From the NCBI GenBank assembly GCA_044226015.1, contig JBGAHS010000001.1, positions 544,001 to 608,000 on the forward strand: a stretch of DNA of 64,000 bases, read 5' to 3'. Positions 38,617-47,228 of this stretch are shown piece by piece. A program made the translations under genes and the position numbers. Below the pieces are notes generated by a model. That model worked only from the letters and a program-made list of their open reading frames with translations, was not told the origin of the DNA and did not search any database. How positions within the stretch are numbered: position 1 is the stretch's first letter; the number at the start of each line of letters is the position of its first letter. The stretch comes from Candidatus Obscuribacteraceae bacterium. GTDB taxonomy: Bacteria; Cyanobacteriota; Vampirovibrionia; Obscuribacterales; Obscuribacteraceae.

Positions 38617-40568
38617 AGCAATGTACCTGCGAGCACCAGGACAACCAGCGTTACGCAAACGTACATCAGATATAGATGTATGCTGCCAGCTTGCAGTTTT
38701 GCCACGAGCTGTGAAAGGCGAACTAAAAACGCAGCTGCGGGCTCATAAACCCTTGATTCAAGCAAAGATACCATCGATGGGTCAACGACAATCTTCTCTG
38801 GAAAGTGTCTTCGGTCTTGTCCTGTGATTTCTACTGTGAGGTGGTACTGCAAAACCGGAGTGAAAATTCTTGCGATAGGTTGGGCAAAGCTGTCTGCTGT
38901 AACCTGGCTCTTACTCGTTCCTGAGCCAAAGCCACAATCCCAGGTTATGTATTTGTCTGGAGCACGCTTCAAAATGAGAATGTAAATCAATGACAGGGTG
39001 AAAACGAGAGCAATTGCAACTTGCCAGAGTGGTATTTGAGCAAAAGAGATTGCCAGTGCTTGATTCCCAAAAGCCTGATTAAGCAGAGGCTTAATTGGCG
39101 CGATCAGCCATTTAGCGCTAACGCCGGTGCCGATGCAAGCAAGCGCCAGAATAATTTGCGCTGCAAGCATATCTCGTGGAACTTCGCTTGCATTTTTTGT
39201 TCTAGTTGAACGTGGATTGCCGAGAAATGCAACACCGATGGCTTTTGCATAAGTTGCAATCGACAGCGCCCCGACTGCGGCCAGCACGCCTATGGCGGCG
39301 ACAGCGATGGCTCTGTCTAAGAGTGTTGGCATCGTAAACGATGATTGTAGAAGTGCCTGGTAGAGGCACCACTTACTTGCAAAAATGTTTAATGGCGGCA
39401 ATGCGCAAATCGCTGCGCTACCGAGGAAGAAACAAACCCCCGTGAATGGCATGTTTTTGTTCAGTCCACCGAGTACGGCAAAATCACGCGAGTGCGTTGC
39501 GAAATCTACTGAGCCAGCGCTCAGGAAGAGCAAGCTTTTGCAGAGCGCGTGAGCAAAGCAATGCAATAAAGCTGCTAAGAGTGCAATTTCGGCAAGCGCC
39601 GCTAGCCCCATATTTTTAGCCCAGATGCATAATGCCAGTGACATACATATGAGACCGACATTTTCAACGGTGCTGTATGCCAGAAGTCTTTTAAGCTCGC
39701 GCTGGTTAATTGCGAACAGGACACCCCAAAATGCTGAAACTGTTGCCATGGCAAACGCAATGTATGCCAGTACCTGGGAACTTAAATTTCCGAGTACAAA
39801 GAATCTGATGATGGCATAGATAGCTACCTTAACCATTACTCCGCTCATTAAGGCTGATACCGGACTTGGTGCCTCTGGGTGCGCGTGTGGTAGCCAGATG
39901 TGAAAAGGCCAGACTCCAGCTTTTACAATAAGTCCGAACAGAATCAGTCCTGCAGCCAGGTAAGTAGATGGTTCGGCGAATTGCCAGGACGAAAAGTCGA
40001 CGCTATGGAACTTTGCATACATCATCAAGAAACCCGCGGACAAAAATGCGCTGGCGAGCCTGGTGGCAACCAGGTATATGAAAGATGCATGTTGCGCTCG
40101 TTGTTTTCTGTACTCAGAAACCACAAGTAATGCTGATGACAGTGACATCATTTCCCAACAAACAAGAAAGACGACTGCATTTGCAGAGAGGATTACACCG
40201 ACCATTCCAGCTACAAAAGCGAAGATGGCAGTCCAGTATATGCGTGAATTTATCGTCTCTTTCAAATGATCTAGATATGGCGGCGAGTAAATTGCACAGC
40301 AAGAGCAAACGATGCCCAAAATCAATACGAAAAAGTTTGCAAGTAGATCCGCCCGCAGAACCACTGGTACGAAGCCAATCGCGACCCAGGGCGGAGCCTG
40401 CCATGCAATGTTAGTGTTCCATGTGATCAGCGCCCCCGAAGCAAGCGCTACGCCAATGATTAGCAGAAAGAATGAGGAAATGCGATTTCCAAGTTTCAAA
40501 AATGCAGAGAGGACTGCAAAAACTGCGGGAGCAAAAAAGGATACTGCTGGGACTAATTCAGTCGTCAT
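38610..40568 (-). CDS. HyfB (NuoL/MrpA-like) membrane subunit
   Basis: WEMMSL, KAGVWPFHIWLPHAHPEAPSPVSALMSG, KRLLAYSTVEN, TWDCGF. Confidence 0.92.
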   Translation of the reverse strand: MTTELVPAVSFFAPAVFAVLSAFLKLGNRISSFFLLIIGVALASGALITWNTNIAWQAPPWVAIGFVPVVLRADLLANFFVLILGIVCSCCAIYSPPYLDHLKETINSRIYWTAIFAFVAGMVGVILSANAVVFLVCWEMMSLSSALLVVSEYRKQRAQHASFIYLVATRLASAFLSAGFLMMYAKFHSVDFSSWQFAEPSTYLAAGLILFGLIVKAGVWPFHIWLPHAHPEAPSPVSALMSGVMVKVAIYAIIRFFVLGNLSSQVLAYIAFAMATVSAFWGVLFAINQRELKRLLAYSTVENVGLICMSLALCIWAKNMGLAALAEIALLAALLHCFAHALCKSLLFLSAGSVDFATHSRDFAVLGGLNKNMPFTGVCFFLGSAAICALPPLNIFASKWCLYQALLQSSFTMPTLLDRAIAVAAIGVLAAVGALSIATYAKAIGVAFLGNPRSTRTKNASEVPRDMLAAQIILALACIGTGVSAKWLIAPIKPLLNQAFGNQALAISFAQIPLWQVAIALVFTLSLIYILILKRAPDKYITWDCGFGSGTSKSQVTADSFAQPIARIFTPVLQYHLTVEITGQDRRHFPEKIVVDPSMVSLLESRVYEPAAAFLVRLSQLVAKLQAGSIHLYLMYVCVTLVVLVLAGTLLW

Positions 40569-40810
40569 TTAGAAATCGGTTTTCCTCTTTGCTAAGCCAA
40601 TCACAAAGTCCCCTCCATTACTGAATAACAGAAAAGTATTTAGTGGAAATCATTATTCCGGTTGATTGGAAGGTTGATTTTGCTTCTCGAAGGGCTGATT
40701 TGCTTGTGATTGGGAATCCTGTGTCAGTATGACTGAGAAGTAAAGTGCCCTGGATGTGCTTTCCTGTGTGCATTGTGCGATCTTTCATTGCTTCTTGCGG
40801 CTCTTTGGAG

Positions 40811-40842
40811 GCATCTGCGAATATACGTATATTCGAAGATGC
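40811..40842. promoter_or_regulatory. 32-bp near-perfect palindrome, putative ArsR operator upstream of hyfB
   Basis: GCATCTGCGAATATACGTATATTCGAAGATGC; the core 40818-40835 is a perfect 18-bp palindrome. Confidence 0.65.
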
Positions 40843-40926
40843 TAACACGCAATTGTGGCCGCCATGTGACCACCGGAAACCTATGAACGTGTTCCATTGC
40901 AAAGAGCAAACTGTTTTTTTTGAGTC

Positions 40927-41244
40927 TTAAAGTGATTCGAGCATGTCTTTCACACCAACCAGGTGGTTGTTGAAAATTTCCTTTGCCACATCAAGCATTT
41001 TGAATATTGTCGGGTCAGTGCAAGCGTAGTAAATGTTGCTGCCTTGTTTTCGACCGACGACAATGTTTTTTGAGCGAAGTATGGAAAGCTGCTGCGAAAC
41101 ATTGGCAGCTTCTACATCTAGTCGAGACTTAAGTTCAGATACAGTCAGTTCGCCATTTCGCAATTCGTCCAGAATATTTATTCTTAGCGGACTGGCAAGC
41201 GCCTTGAAAAATTCGGCTTTAAATTCCTGCAATTTGTTCGGCAT
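40927..41244 (-). CDS. ArsR/SmtB-family regulator (Rv0081-like)
   Basis: KAEFFKALASPLRINILDELR...VSQQLSILR...RKQG.NIYY. Confidence 0.92.
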   Translation of the reverse strand: MPNKLQEFKAEFFKALASPLRINILDELRNGELTVSELKSRLDVEAANVSQQLSILRSKNIVVGRKQGSNIYYACTDPTIFKMLDVAKEIFNNHLVGVKDMLESL

Positions 41245-41269
41245 AAACTTGACTCGCGATACGTTGATT

Positions 41270-41305
41270 ATTTGATGATATACGCATATTGAAAAATTTT
41301 GTAGT
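41270..41305. promoter_or_regulatory. Degenerate operator copies upstream of ArsR-1
   Basis: Minus strand ATATGCGTATATCATCAAAT (14/20 to the 47201 site), adjacent to ATATTGAAAAATTTTGTAGT. Confidence 0.45.
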
Positions 41306-41585
41306 GCATTTTGTATTGCTCAGCAGCAATAATAGCCATCCTTTTAATGTATTTTGTCGAGCATTAGCAACAGAAAGATTTGATCGACAAAAATGATCTA
41401 GAAAAAGTGGATCGCTCACTCTTCGGAAACAAGAATTGATCACCATATGTGGTGGCGGTATGAGTCTGAACTCGCATGCCGTAAACAAGTCTTTCGCCAG
41501 TCTTTCGCCAGCTCTCTTATGCAGGAAGGCTTTGCGAAAGCCTGATGAAAGGCTCGTGAAAGCTTTGAAAAATCTTGATATGCAT

Positions 41586-41605
41586 ATATTCAAACTCTTG
41601 CATAT
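41586..41605. promoter_or_regulatory. Operator copy upstream of the ABC-HlyD-TolC operon
   Basis: Minus strand ATATGCAAGAGTTTGAATAT, 17/20 to the consensus ATATGCAAATGTTTGAACAT. Confidence 0.6.
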
Positions 41606-41658
41606 TTACATGCGTCATGTTAATTTCAATCTTACGACCTTCAGTGGTGACATAAGAA

Positions 41659-43443
41659 ATGAACAACCCGGCGCAGAAGAAAATCCGACCGCTAGAGCGC
41701 TTTTGGGCTCTAGTAGCTGCCGACCATCAGGATTTGATTGTTCTATCTGTACATATTGTATTGACCGGACTGATCTCACTAGCGGTGCCGCTAGCTGCTC
41801 AGTCTCTTGTAAATACCATTGCTGCCGGTATCTTTTTGCAACCATTGATAGTACTCTCCTTTTTACTATTAGGCGGATTGTTGTTCGGCAGTATTCTGCG
41901 AATGCTTAAATTCTGCCTGGTTGAAACATTGGAGCAACGCATCTTCGCGCGCATCACCTTGCAGCTTAGCGAGCGCATTCCATCGATTAAGTCTTCCGCC
42001 CTCAACAAAGAATACATGCCAGAGCTAATCAACAGGTTTTTTGATGTGATGAACATCCAAAAATCTTGGGGTAAGCTGCTGCTTGAAGTTCCAACAGCAT
42101 TGCTGCAGGTTCTCATAGGACTTCTGCTCATGGCGTTTTACAGTCCATTCTTGTTGGCGTTCGATTTGCTCATAATTGTTTTTGTTTTTTTTGCAGTGAG
42201 CGTCCTTGGAATCGGTGGACTTTCATCCAGCATCAGAGAGTCGGCTTCCAAATATCGTGTCGCGGAATGGCTCGAGGACATGGGCAGATGCCAGACCAGT
42301 TTGAAGAGTTTTGGTATTCCAAAATTCTTGCTCAGGCGCTCTGACAGTCTGGTTCTCGATTATTTGAAATCCAGGAGAGAGCACTTTTCGGTTTTGTTCA
42401 GGCAAGCTTTTGGCACTTATATTTTCCAGGCATTCGCGAGCGCTGGGGTTTTAGCAATTGGAGGATGGTTGGTTATTAACAGGCAGCTGACTCTTGGACA
42501 ATTAGTCGCGGCGGAAATAGTTGTGTTGAACGTGTTGTCTGCACTGGAAAAACTCGTTCGCAATTGTGACACTTTTTACGACCTGCTTACGGGATTAGAC
42601 AAGGTTGGGCACATTAGCGATCTTCCACTTGAGCGCGATGGTGGTACCAGCCTCTCTGAAGATGGAGATGGGTTGACGGTAGAATGTCTCAAACTTCACT
42701 TCTCATACGATTCAAGAGAGGTTCTCTCTGGAGTAAATCTCTCAATTGCATCAGGCGAGCGAGCCAGTCTTGTGGGGGCGAGTGGTGCCGGGAAAACCAC
42801 GCTTGCTTCTCTGATTTGTGGACTTCAAGACGCCAGTCAGGGCACTGTGGAAGTTGGTGGATATGACGTCAGAGATCTCAATCTTAAATCGCTTCGCAGC
42901 CAGCTGGGTCTCGTGGGTGATAGCAATGAAATTTTTGAGGGAAGCATTGAAGACAATATCAGCCTTGGGCGAGCAAATGTTAACCATCAGGACATACGGT
43001 GGGCGCTCAATGTTGCCCAGTTCACTGATGATTTGATTGAGCTTCCGCAGGGTTTGAACACAGTTGTGATAAGTGGCGGACGAAATCTATCAAGGGGTCA
43101 GGTTCAGCGTCTTCTGCTTGCCAGGGCTATTGTTGAACGCCCACGTTTGCTGATACTCGACGAAGCTTTTGTAGGAATCGATGAAAAAACAAAGTTGAAA
43201 ATTCTGGATTCACTTTTTGCTAAGGAAAACAAATGGACAGTGTTGGATATTTCGCATGATGCAGAAGTTGTTATGCGATCAGACAAGGTATACGTTTTGA
43301 GTGCAAGCAAGATCTCAGAGTCTGGACATCCAGCAGACCTCGCCTGGCGTGCAGACAGCGAGTTCGCTGTGCTGTTTCCTGAGTTAGCGATGCAGATTCG
43401 CTCTTCTGAAAGAAGGAGAAAGGAAAGAGTTGGTCAAGCGTAA
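41659..43443 (+). CDS. T1SS-type ABC transporter (TMD+NBD, no C39 domain)
   Basis: QLTLGQLVAAE, Walker A GASGAGKT, LSRGQ, LLILDE. Confidence 0.92.
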   Translation: MNNPAQKKIRPLERFWALVAADHQDLIVLSVHIVLTGLISLAVPLAAQSLVNTIAAGIFLQPLIVLSFLLLGGLLFGSILRMLKFCLVETLEQRIFARITLQLSERIPSIKSSALNKEYMPELINRFFDVMNIQKSWGKLLLEVPTALLQVLIGLLLMAFYSPFLLAFDLLIIVFVFFAVSVLGIGGLSSSIRESASKYRVAEWLEDMGRCQTSLKSFGIPKFLLRRSDSLVLDYLKSRREHFSVLFRQAFGTYIFQAFASAGVLAIGGWLVINRQLTLGQLVAAEIVVLNVLSALEKLVRNCDTFYDLLTGLDKVGHISDLPLERDGGTSLSEDGDGLTVECLKLHFSYDSREVLSGVNLSIASGERASLVGASGAGKTTLASLICGLQDASQGTVEVGGYDVRDLNLKSLRSQLGLVGDSNEIFEGSIEDNISLGRANVNHQDIRWALNVAQFTDDLIELPQGLNTVVISGGRNLSRGQVQRLLLARAIVERPRLLILDEAFVGIDEKTKLKILDSLFAKENKWTVLDISHDAEVVMRSDKVYVLSASKISESGHPADLAWRADSEFAVLFPELAMQIRSSERRRKERVGQA

Positions 43444-43444
43444 T

Positions 43445-44854
43445 ATGAATCTAGAAACTAAATCATCCAATAGTTCATCGTTAAGTGCTTCATCCTATGA
43501 GTCATTGAAAGCTGTGCAGTCACCTCAAGCCTTTGGCACCATTGCGATATTGCTTTTTGTAGTTCTCATTTCCGTTATTCTAGTGCTGGCTTATGTGCCA
43601 TGGCAGCAAAGTGTTTCAGCTTCGGGAAAAATCATCATTTTTTCTCCTATGCAGCGTCCTCAAAATATTGAGGCTCAGATTCCTGCAAGATTGAAGAAAT
43701 GGTATGTCCAAGACGGACAGGTCGTTCACAAAGGCGAGTTGATTGCTGAGTTGTCTGATCTAGACCCGAAGTTTCTTGACCCACAATTAGCTAAGCGCTT
43801 ATCTTCTCAAATACAAGCTCTAACTGCCAGGCGCGAAGCAGCAGCTACACGAAGTAGCGCTCTGACCAAGCAACTTGAGAGTTTGCGTCGCTCGCAGAAA
43901 GCTGCGATTCCTTCTGCAGGGGAAAGAGCCCAGCAAGCGGAAGACAGAGTGTGGGCAGCTTCGCAGGCAGTGGATGCGGCAAAGCAAAACATAATAACTA
44001 CCGAAGCAAATTTGAATCGATTGAAAGATCTCTATTCGAATGGATTGCGCTCTAAGCGAGATCTTGAACTTGCTGAGCTTGAGCAAACGAAGGCAGCTAC
44101 TGAGCTTGAACGTGCGCGAGCTGCTCTAGACGTGGCAAAAAGAGATAAGACTGTTGCTGTCTTAGATCAAGACAAAGTTGCTGCAGATACTGATGCTGCT
44201 CTGAGTAATATTGGTGCATCCATAGCTGCGGCTCAGGAGACGATCGAAACAACATCGAGTGACATATTCAAACTCGAAATTGAGTTGCAGAATTTTCAAG
44301 GACGTGCAGAACAAAGAAAAGTTTTTGCTCCAACAAATGGCAAGATTGTCAGACTTTTGAAAGTAGGTGCTGGCGAAACGGTTGATGCTGGAATGGTCTT
44401 AGCAGTCATCGCGCCTGAGACGCAAGATCTCGCTGCAGAGCTGAATATCAGCGATAACGATGCCCCATTGGTTGCTGTAGGCAGACCTGTAAGACTTCAG
44501 TTTGCTGGCTGGCCGGCATTGCAATTCTCTGGCTGGCCCTCGATTGCCGTTGGAACCTTTGGTGGCAGAATTGCAGTTATCGATGCTATTGATGATGGAC
44601 GCAATAATTATCGGGTGATAGTCAAACCTGACAAAGAGGCAATAGCGCAGGGTAGAGATGAGCCGTGGCCTGATTCAAAATTTCTGCGACCAGGAGCGGA
44701 AGTTTCTGGGTGGATTATGTTAGATCGAGTTAGCCTTGGATTTGAGTTATGGCGCCAATTTAACGCGTTCCCACCGACAGTAAAACCGGAAGAGCTTGGC
44801 TTGCACAAGTCGCCTCAAGGTGAAAAGCCGGACATAAAGAGAAAGTCCAAGTGA
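43445..44854 (+). CDS. HlyD-family membrane fusion protein
   Basis: N-terminal TM, PWQQ, long coiled coil, VRLQFAGWPALQFSGWP, LGFELWRQFNAFPP. Confidence 0.92.
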   Translation: MNLETKSSNSSSLSASSYESLKAVQSPQAFGTIAILLFVVLISVILVLAYVPWQQSVSASGKIIIFSPMQRPQNIEAQIPARLKKWYVQDGQVVHKGELIAELSDLDPKFLDPQLAKRLSSQIQALTARREAAATRSSALTKQLESLRRSQKAAIPSAGERAQQAEDRVWAASQAVDAAKQNIITTEANLNRLKDLYSNGLRSKRDLELAELEQTKAATELERARAALDVAKRDKTVAVLDQDKVAADTDAALSNIGASIAAAQETIETTSSDIFKLEIELQNFQGRAEQRKVFAPTNGKIVRLLKVGAGETVDAGMVLAVIAPETQDLAAELNISDNDAPLVAVGRPVRLQFAGWPALQFSGWPSIAVGTFGGRIAVIDAIDDGRNNYRVIVKPDKEAIAQGRDEPWPDSKFLRPGAEVSGWIMLDRVSLGFELWRQFNAFPPTVKPEELGLHKSPQGEKPDIKRKSK

Positions 44855-44864
44855 GGCAGCAAAA

Positions 44865-46340
44865 ATGTGCTTGAACTCGCAAAAATTGTTTTTTGTGGTT
44901 TTGTTGTGCGCAACAGAATTGCTAACTTGTGCTGCAACGTTTGCGCAAAACGAAGCAATTGAACCAAATGTTGTTTTGCGAGAGCTTCCCACTTCGACTA
45001 GCACTCAGGGTCAACCATTCTCTTTAGATTTTTTCTTGAAGGCTGTGGAAAGAAATTATCCAAAGCTGAAAAGTGCCGACGCGGAGAAGCGTATAGCGAA
45101 TGCTAAGCGCCTGGAGAAAGCTGGTGCCTTTGACCCTGTTTTGACTAGCGTGAACGAGTATCTCAGAGTCCAAGATTCATTCATTCCGGGAAAACCGAAA
45201 AACGCAGTACATAATGAATCGCGTGTTGATCTCCTCACTAGATCTGGCATAAAACTATTTACCGGCGCTCGTTTGAACCCCAACGATACAAAGACACCAT
45301 TTGTGCCAACAGGAAGAGCTGGCGAATATTATGGTGGCGTTGCTGTCCCGCTGCTTCGCGGCTTGCGCATCAATGAGAAAAAAGCAGCTGAAGACCAGGC
45401 CAAGCTCGGTGAGCCACTAGCAGGTCATGTATTTGCTTCCACGCGTCTTGAATTACTTTTGAAAGCCGCAGCTTCTTACTGGGAATGGGTCGGAGCAAAA
45501 GCGCGCATCGACATTTCTCGAAACCTCCTCAATTTAGCACAGGCAAGGGTTAGCCAAATCAAGCGACGTGTAGATAAGGGTGACTTGCCTGCTCTTGATG
45601 TAGCGGAGTCTGAGCAAGAAATTCACCGGCGTGAAGCGGCACTTGTGAAAAGCGAACGCGAGTTCCAAAAGTACTCATTGCTTCTTTCTGTATTTTTGTG
45701 GGATGAATCGGGAAACCCTTCTCCTGTCCCCACTGAGAAAGGTGTTCCGTCCTTAGAGCCTGAGCCCAGCAAAATCTCAGAGGCGGAATGGAGCGAAGGA
45801 AGAAAGCGAGCTATAGAGCTGCGACCTGAACTGAAGCGAATTTCGATGGAACGAGAGCAAGCCAGAGTTGATTTGCGATTAGCCGAAAATATGATGCTTC
45901 CGGTTATGGATGCTTATCTTGCCCAGGGGGCAGATACAGGCACTCAAGGCATCGGCCCTGTCGTGAGAGGCGGAGTCTCTCTTTCCGTTCCGCTGAGACA
46001 AAGGACCGCTAGAGGTTTGGTACAGGCCGCTAAGTTGAAGATTCAGAAGCTAACTTTCGATGAAACTGCGGAGAAACAGCGTATACAAGCTGAAGTCGAC
46101 GATGCTGTCTCTGCTGTGAATACATCATGTGAACGATGGAATGCGACTCTTCTCGAGGTGAAAAAGGCAAAACAAGTTGAAAATGGCGAGCGCTTGCGTT
46201 TCGGCTCAGGTGATAGCACCTTATTTCTCGTCAACCAGCGAGAGCGTGCCTCAGCCGAAGCGCAGATGCGACTCGTTGAAGTACATACGGAGTACTTACA
46301 GGCGCTGGCAGCGTTTCGTGCTGTAATCTGTCGACTGTGA
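44865..46340 (+). CDS. TolC-family outer membrane protein
   Basis: Signal peptide, GAFDP, PLLRG, GE.LRF..GDSTLFLVNQRE. Confidence 0.9.
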   Translation: MCLNSQKLFFVVLLCATELLTCAATFAQNEAIEPNVVLRELPTSTSTQGQPFSLDFFLKAVERNYPKLKSADAEKRIANAKRLEKAGAFDPVLTSVNEYLRVQDSFIPGKPKNAVHNESRVDLLTRSGIKLFTGARLNPNDTKTPFVPTGRAGEYYGGVAVPLLRGLRINEKKAAEDQAKLGEPLAGHVFASTRLELLLKAAASYWEWVGAKARIDISRNLLNLAQARVSQIKRRVDKGDLPALDVAESEQEIHRREAALVKSEREFQKYSLLLSVFLWDESGNPSPVPTEKGVPSLEPEPSKISEAEWSEGRKRAIELRPELKRISMEREQARVDLRLAENMMLPVMDAYLAQGADTGTQGIGPVVRGGVSLSVPLRQRTARGLVQAAKLKIQKLTFDETAEKQRIQAEVDDAVSAVNTSCERWNATLLEVKKAKQVENGERLRFGSGDSTLFLVNQRERASAEAQMRLVEVHTEYLQALAAFRAVICRL

Positions 46341-46374
46341 AAGAATTGATCTTGACCAATATGTTGATATATAG

Positions 46375-46394
46375 ATATGCTAATGTTTGAACAT
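46375..46394. promoter_or_regulatory. Operator copy upstream of ArsR-2
   Basis: ATATGCTAATGTTTGAACAT, overlapping a possible -10 of TTGACC-N18-TATGCT. Confidence 0.7.
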
Positions 46395-46412
46395 TACAAA
46401 ATGAGGTCGCCC

Positions 46413-46796
46413 ATGCCTTACAGAGCTGTGGTAAGCGCGGAATTGGCAAAGCTATTTGGCATTTTGTCTCATCCCATACGTATTCGAATCATTGAAGAGT
46501 TAAAGAAAGAAGATCTGACTGTTGGAACCTTGAAAGATATCCTTGGCATAACTCATTCGGCAGTGTCACAGCAGCTAGCCGTCTTGCGCACCAATCATTT
46601 GGTAGCTGAAATGCGGCAAGGTCGAAACGTGTTTTACCATCTTCGCAAGCCGGAATTGGCTCAGTGGATCATGGATGGTGTCAGCTTTATATCACCCGAT
46701 GCTTCCGAGATGGAGCAGATGATGTCTGCAATTCAAAACGTGAAGTCTGTATGGGGCGAAGAAGAGAAGCCAAAGCGCAAGAAGCGCGGAGCCTGA
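46413..46796 (+). CDS. ArsR/SmtB-family regulator (no Cys)
   Basis: LSHPIRIRIIEEL...VSQQLAVLR...RQGRNVFY; GAGGT RBS before ATG at 46413. Confidence 0.9.
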   Translation: MPYRAVVSAELAKLFGILSHPIRIRIIEELKKEDLTVGTLKDILGITHSAVSQQLAVLRTNHLVAEMRQGRNVFYHLRKPELAQWIMDGVSFISPDASEMEQMMSAIQNVKSVWGEEEKPKRKKRGA

Positions 46797-47049
46797 ATTC
46801 TGATTTCGCTGTCCTGTTGCATGCAGCTTAGAGCCAGTGGTAATTTGAGTGCTCGGCTAATTCGCCTGAGTGCTTTATATGATCCTGCCGAATTGCTCGT
46901 GTTTGGAATCTTGTGGCGCTAATTGAAGGCAAGAGAATATGCTGAAAAATGCAACGTTCAACCACTAGAAACAATTTTGTGTAAATGCTGCAGTCATCTT
47001 ACAGGAACTCTCTTTCTGTATGCTTTCAATGGAAATATGCTTTGATAAT

Positions 47050-47069
47050 ATATGCAAATGTTTGCACAT
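47050..47069. promoter_or_regulatory. Operator copy (distal) upstream of the murF-like/dabBA operon
   Basis: ATATGCAAATGTTTGCACAT. Confidence 0.7.
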
Positions 47070-47151
47070 CTAAATATTTAAGGATAACCCGCGCTGTTTT
47101 GCGTACGGCTGTTTCCGGACTTTGAAGCTATTTGAGAGCACTGTGCCATTA

Positions 47152-47179
47152 TTGACACGCCATAGCTTGCGGTTATACT
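47152..47179 (+). promoter_or_regulatory. Sigma70-type promoter of the murF-like/dabBA operon
   Basis: TTGACA-N16-TATACT. Confidence 0.7.
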
Positions 47180-47200
47180 TCTAATTATTGTGATATCTAA

Positions 47201-47220
47201 ATATGCAAATATTTGCACAT
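47201..47220. promoter_or_regulatory. Operator copy (proximal) between promoter and RBS
   Basis: ATATGCAAATATTTGCACAT, near-palindromic. Confidence 0.75.
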
Positions 47221-47228
47221 AAAGCGAG

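Noticed and set aside
33369..40568. Functional [NiFe] hydrogenase-4 / formate hydrogenlyase
   Set aside because: The large subunit lacks both CxxC motifs, and no maturation or fdh genes are nearby
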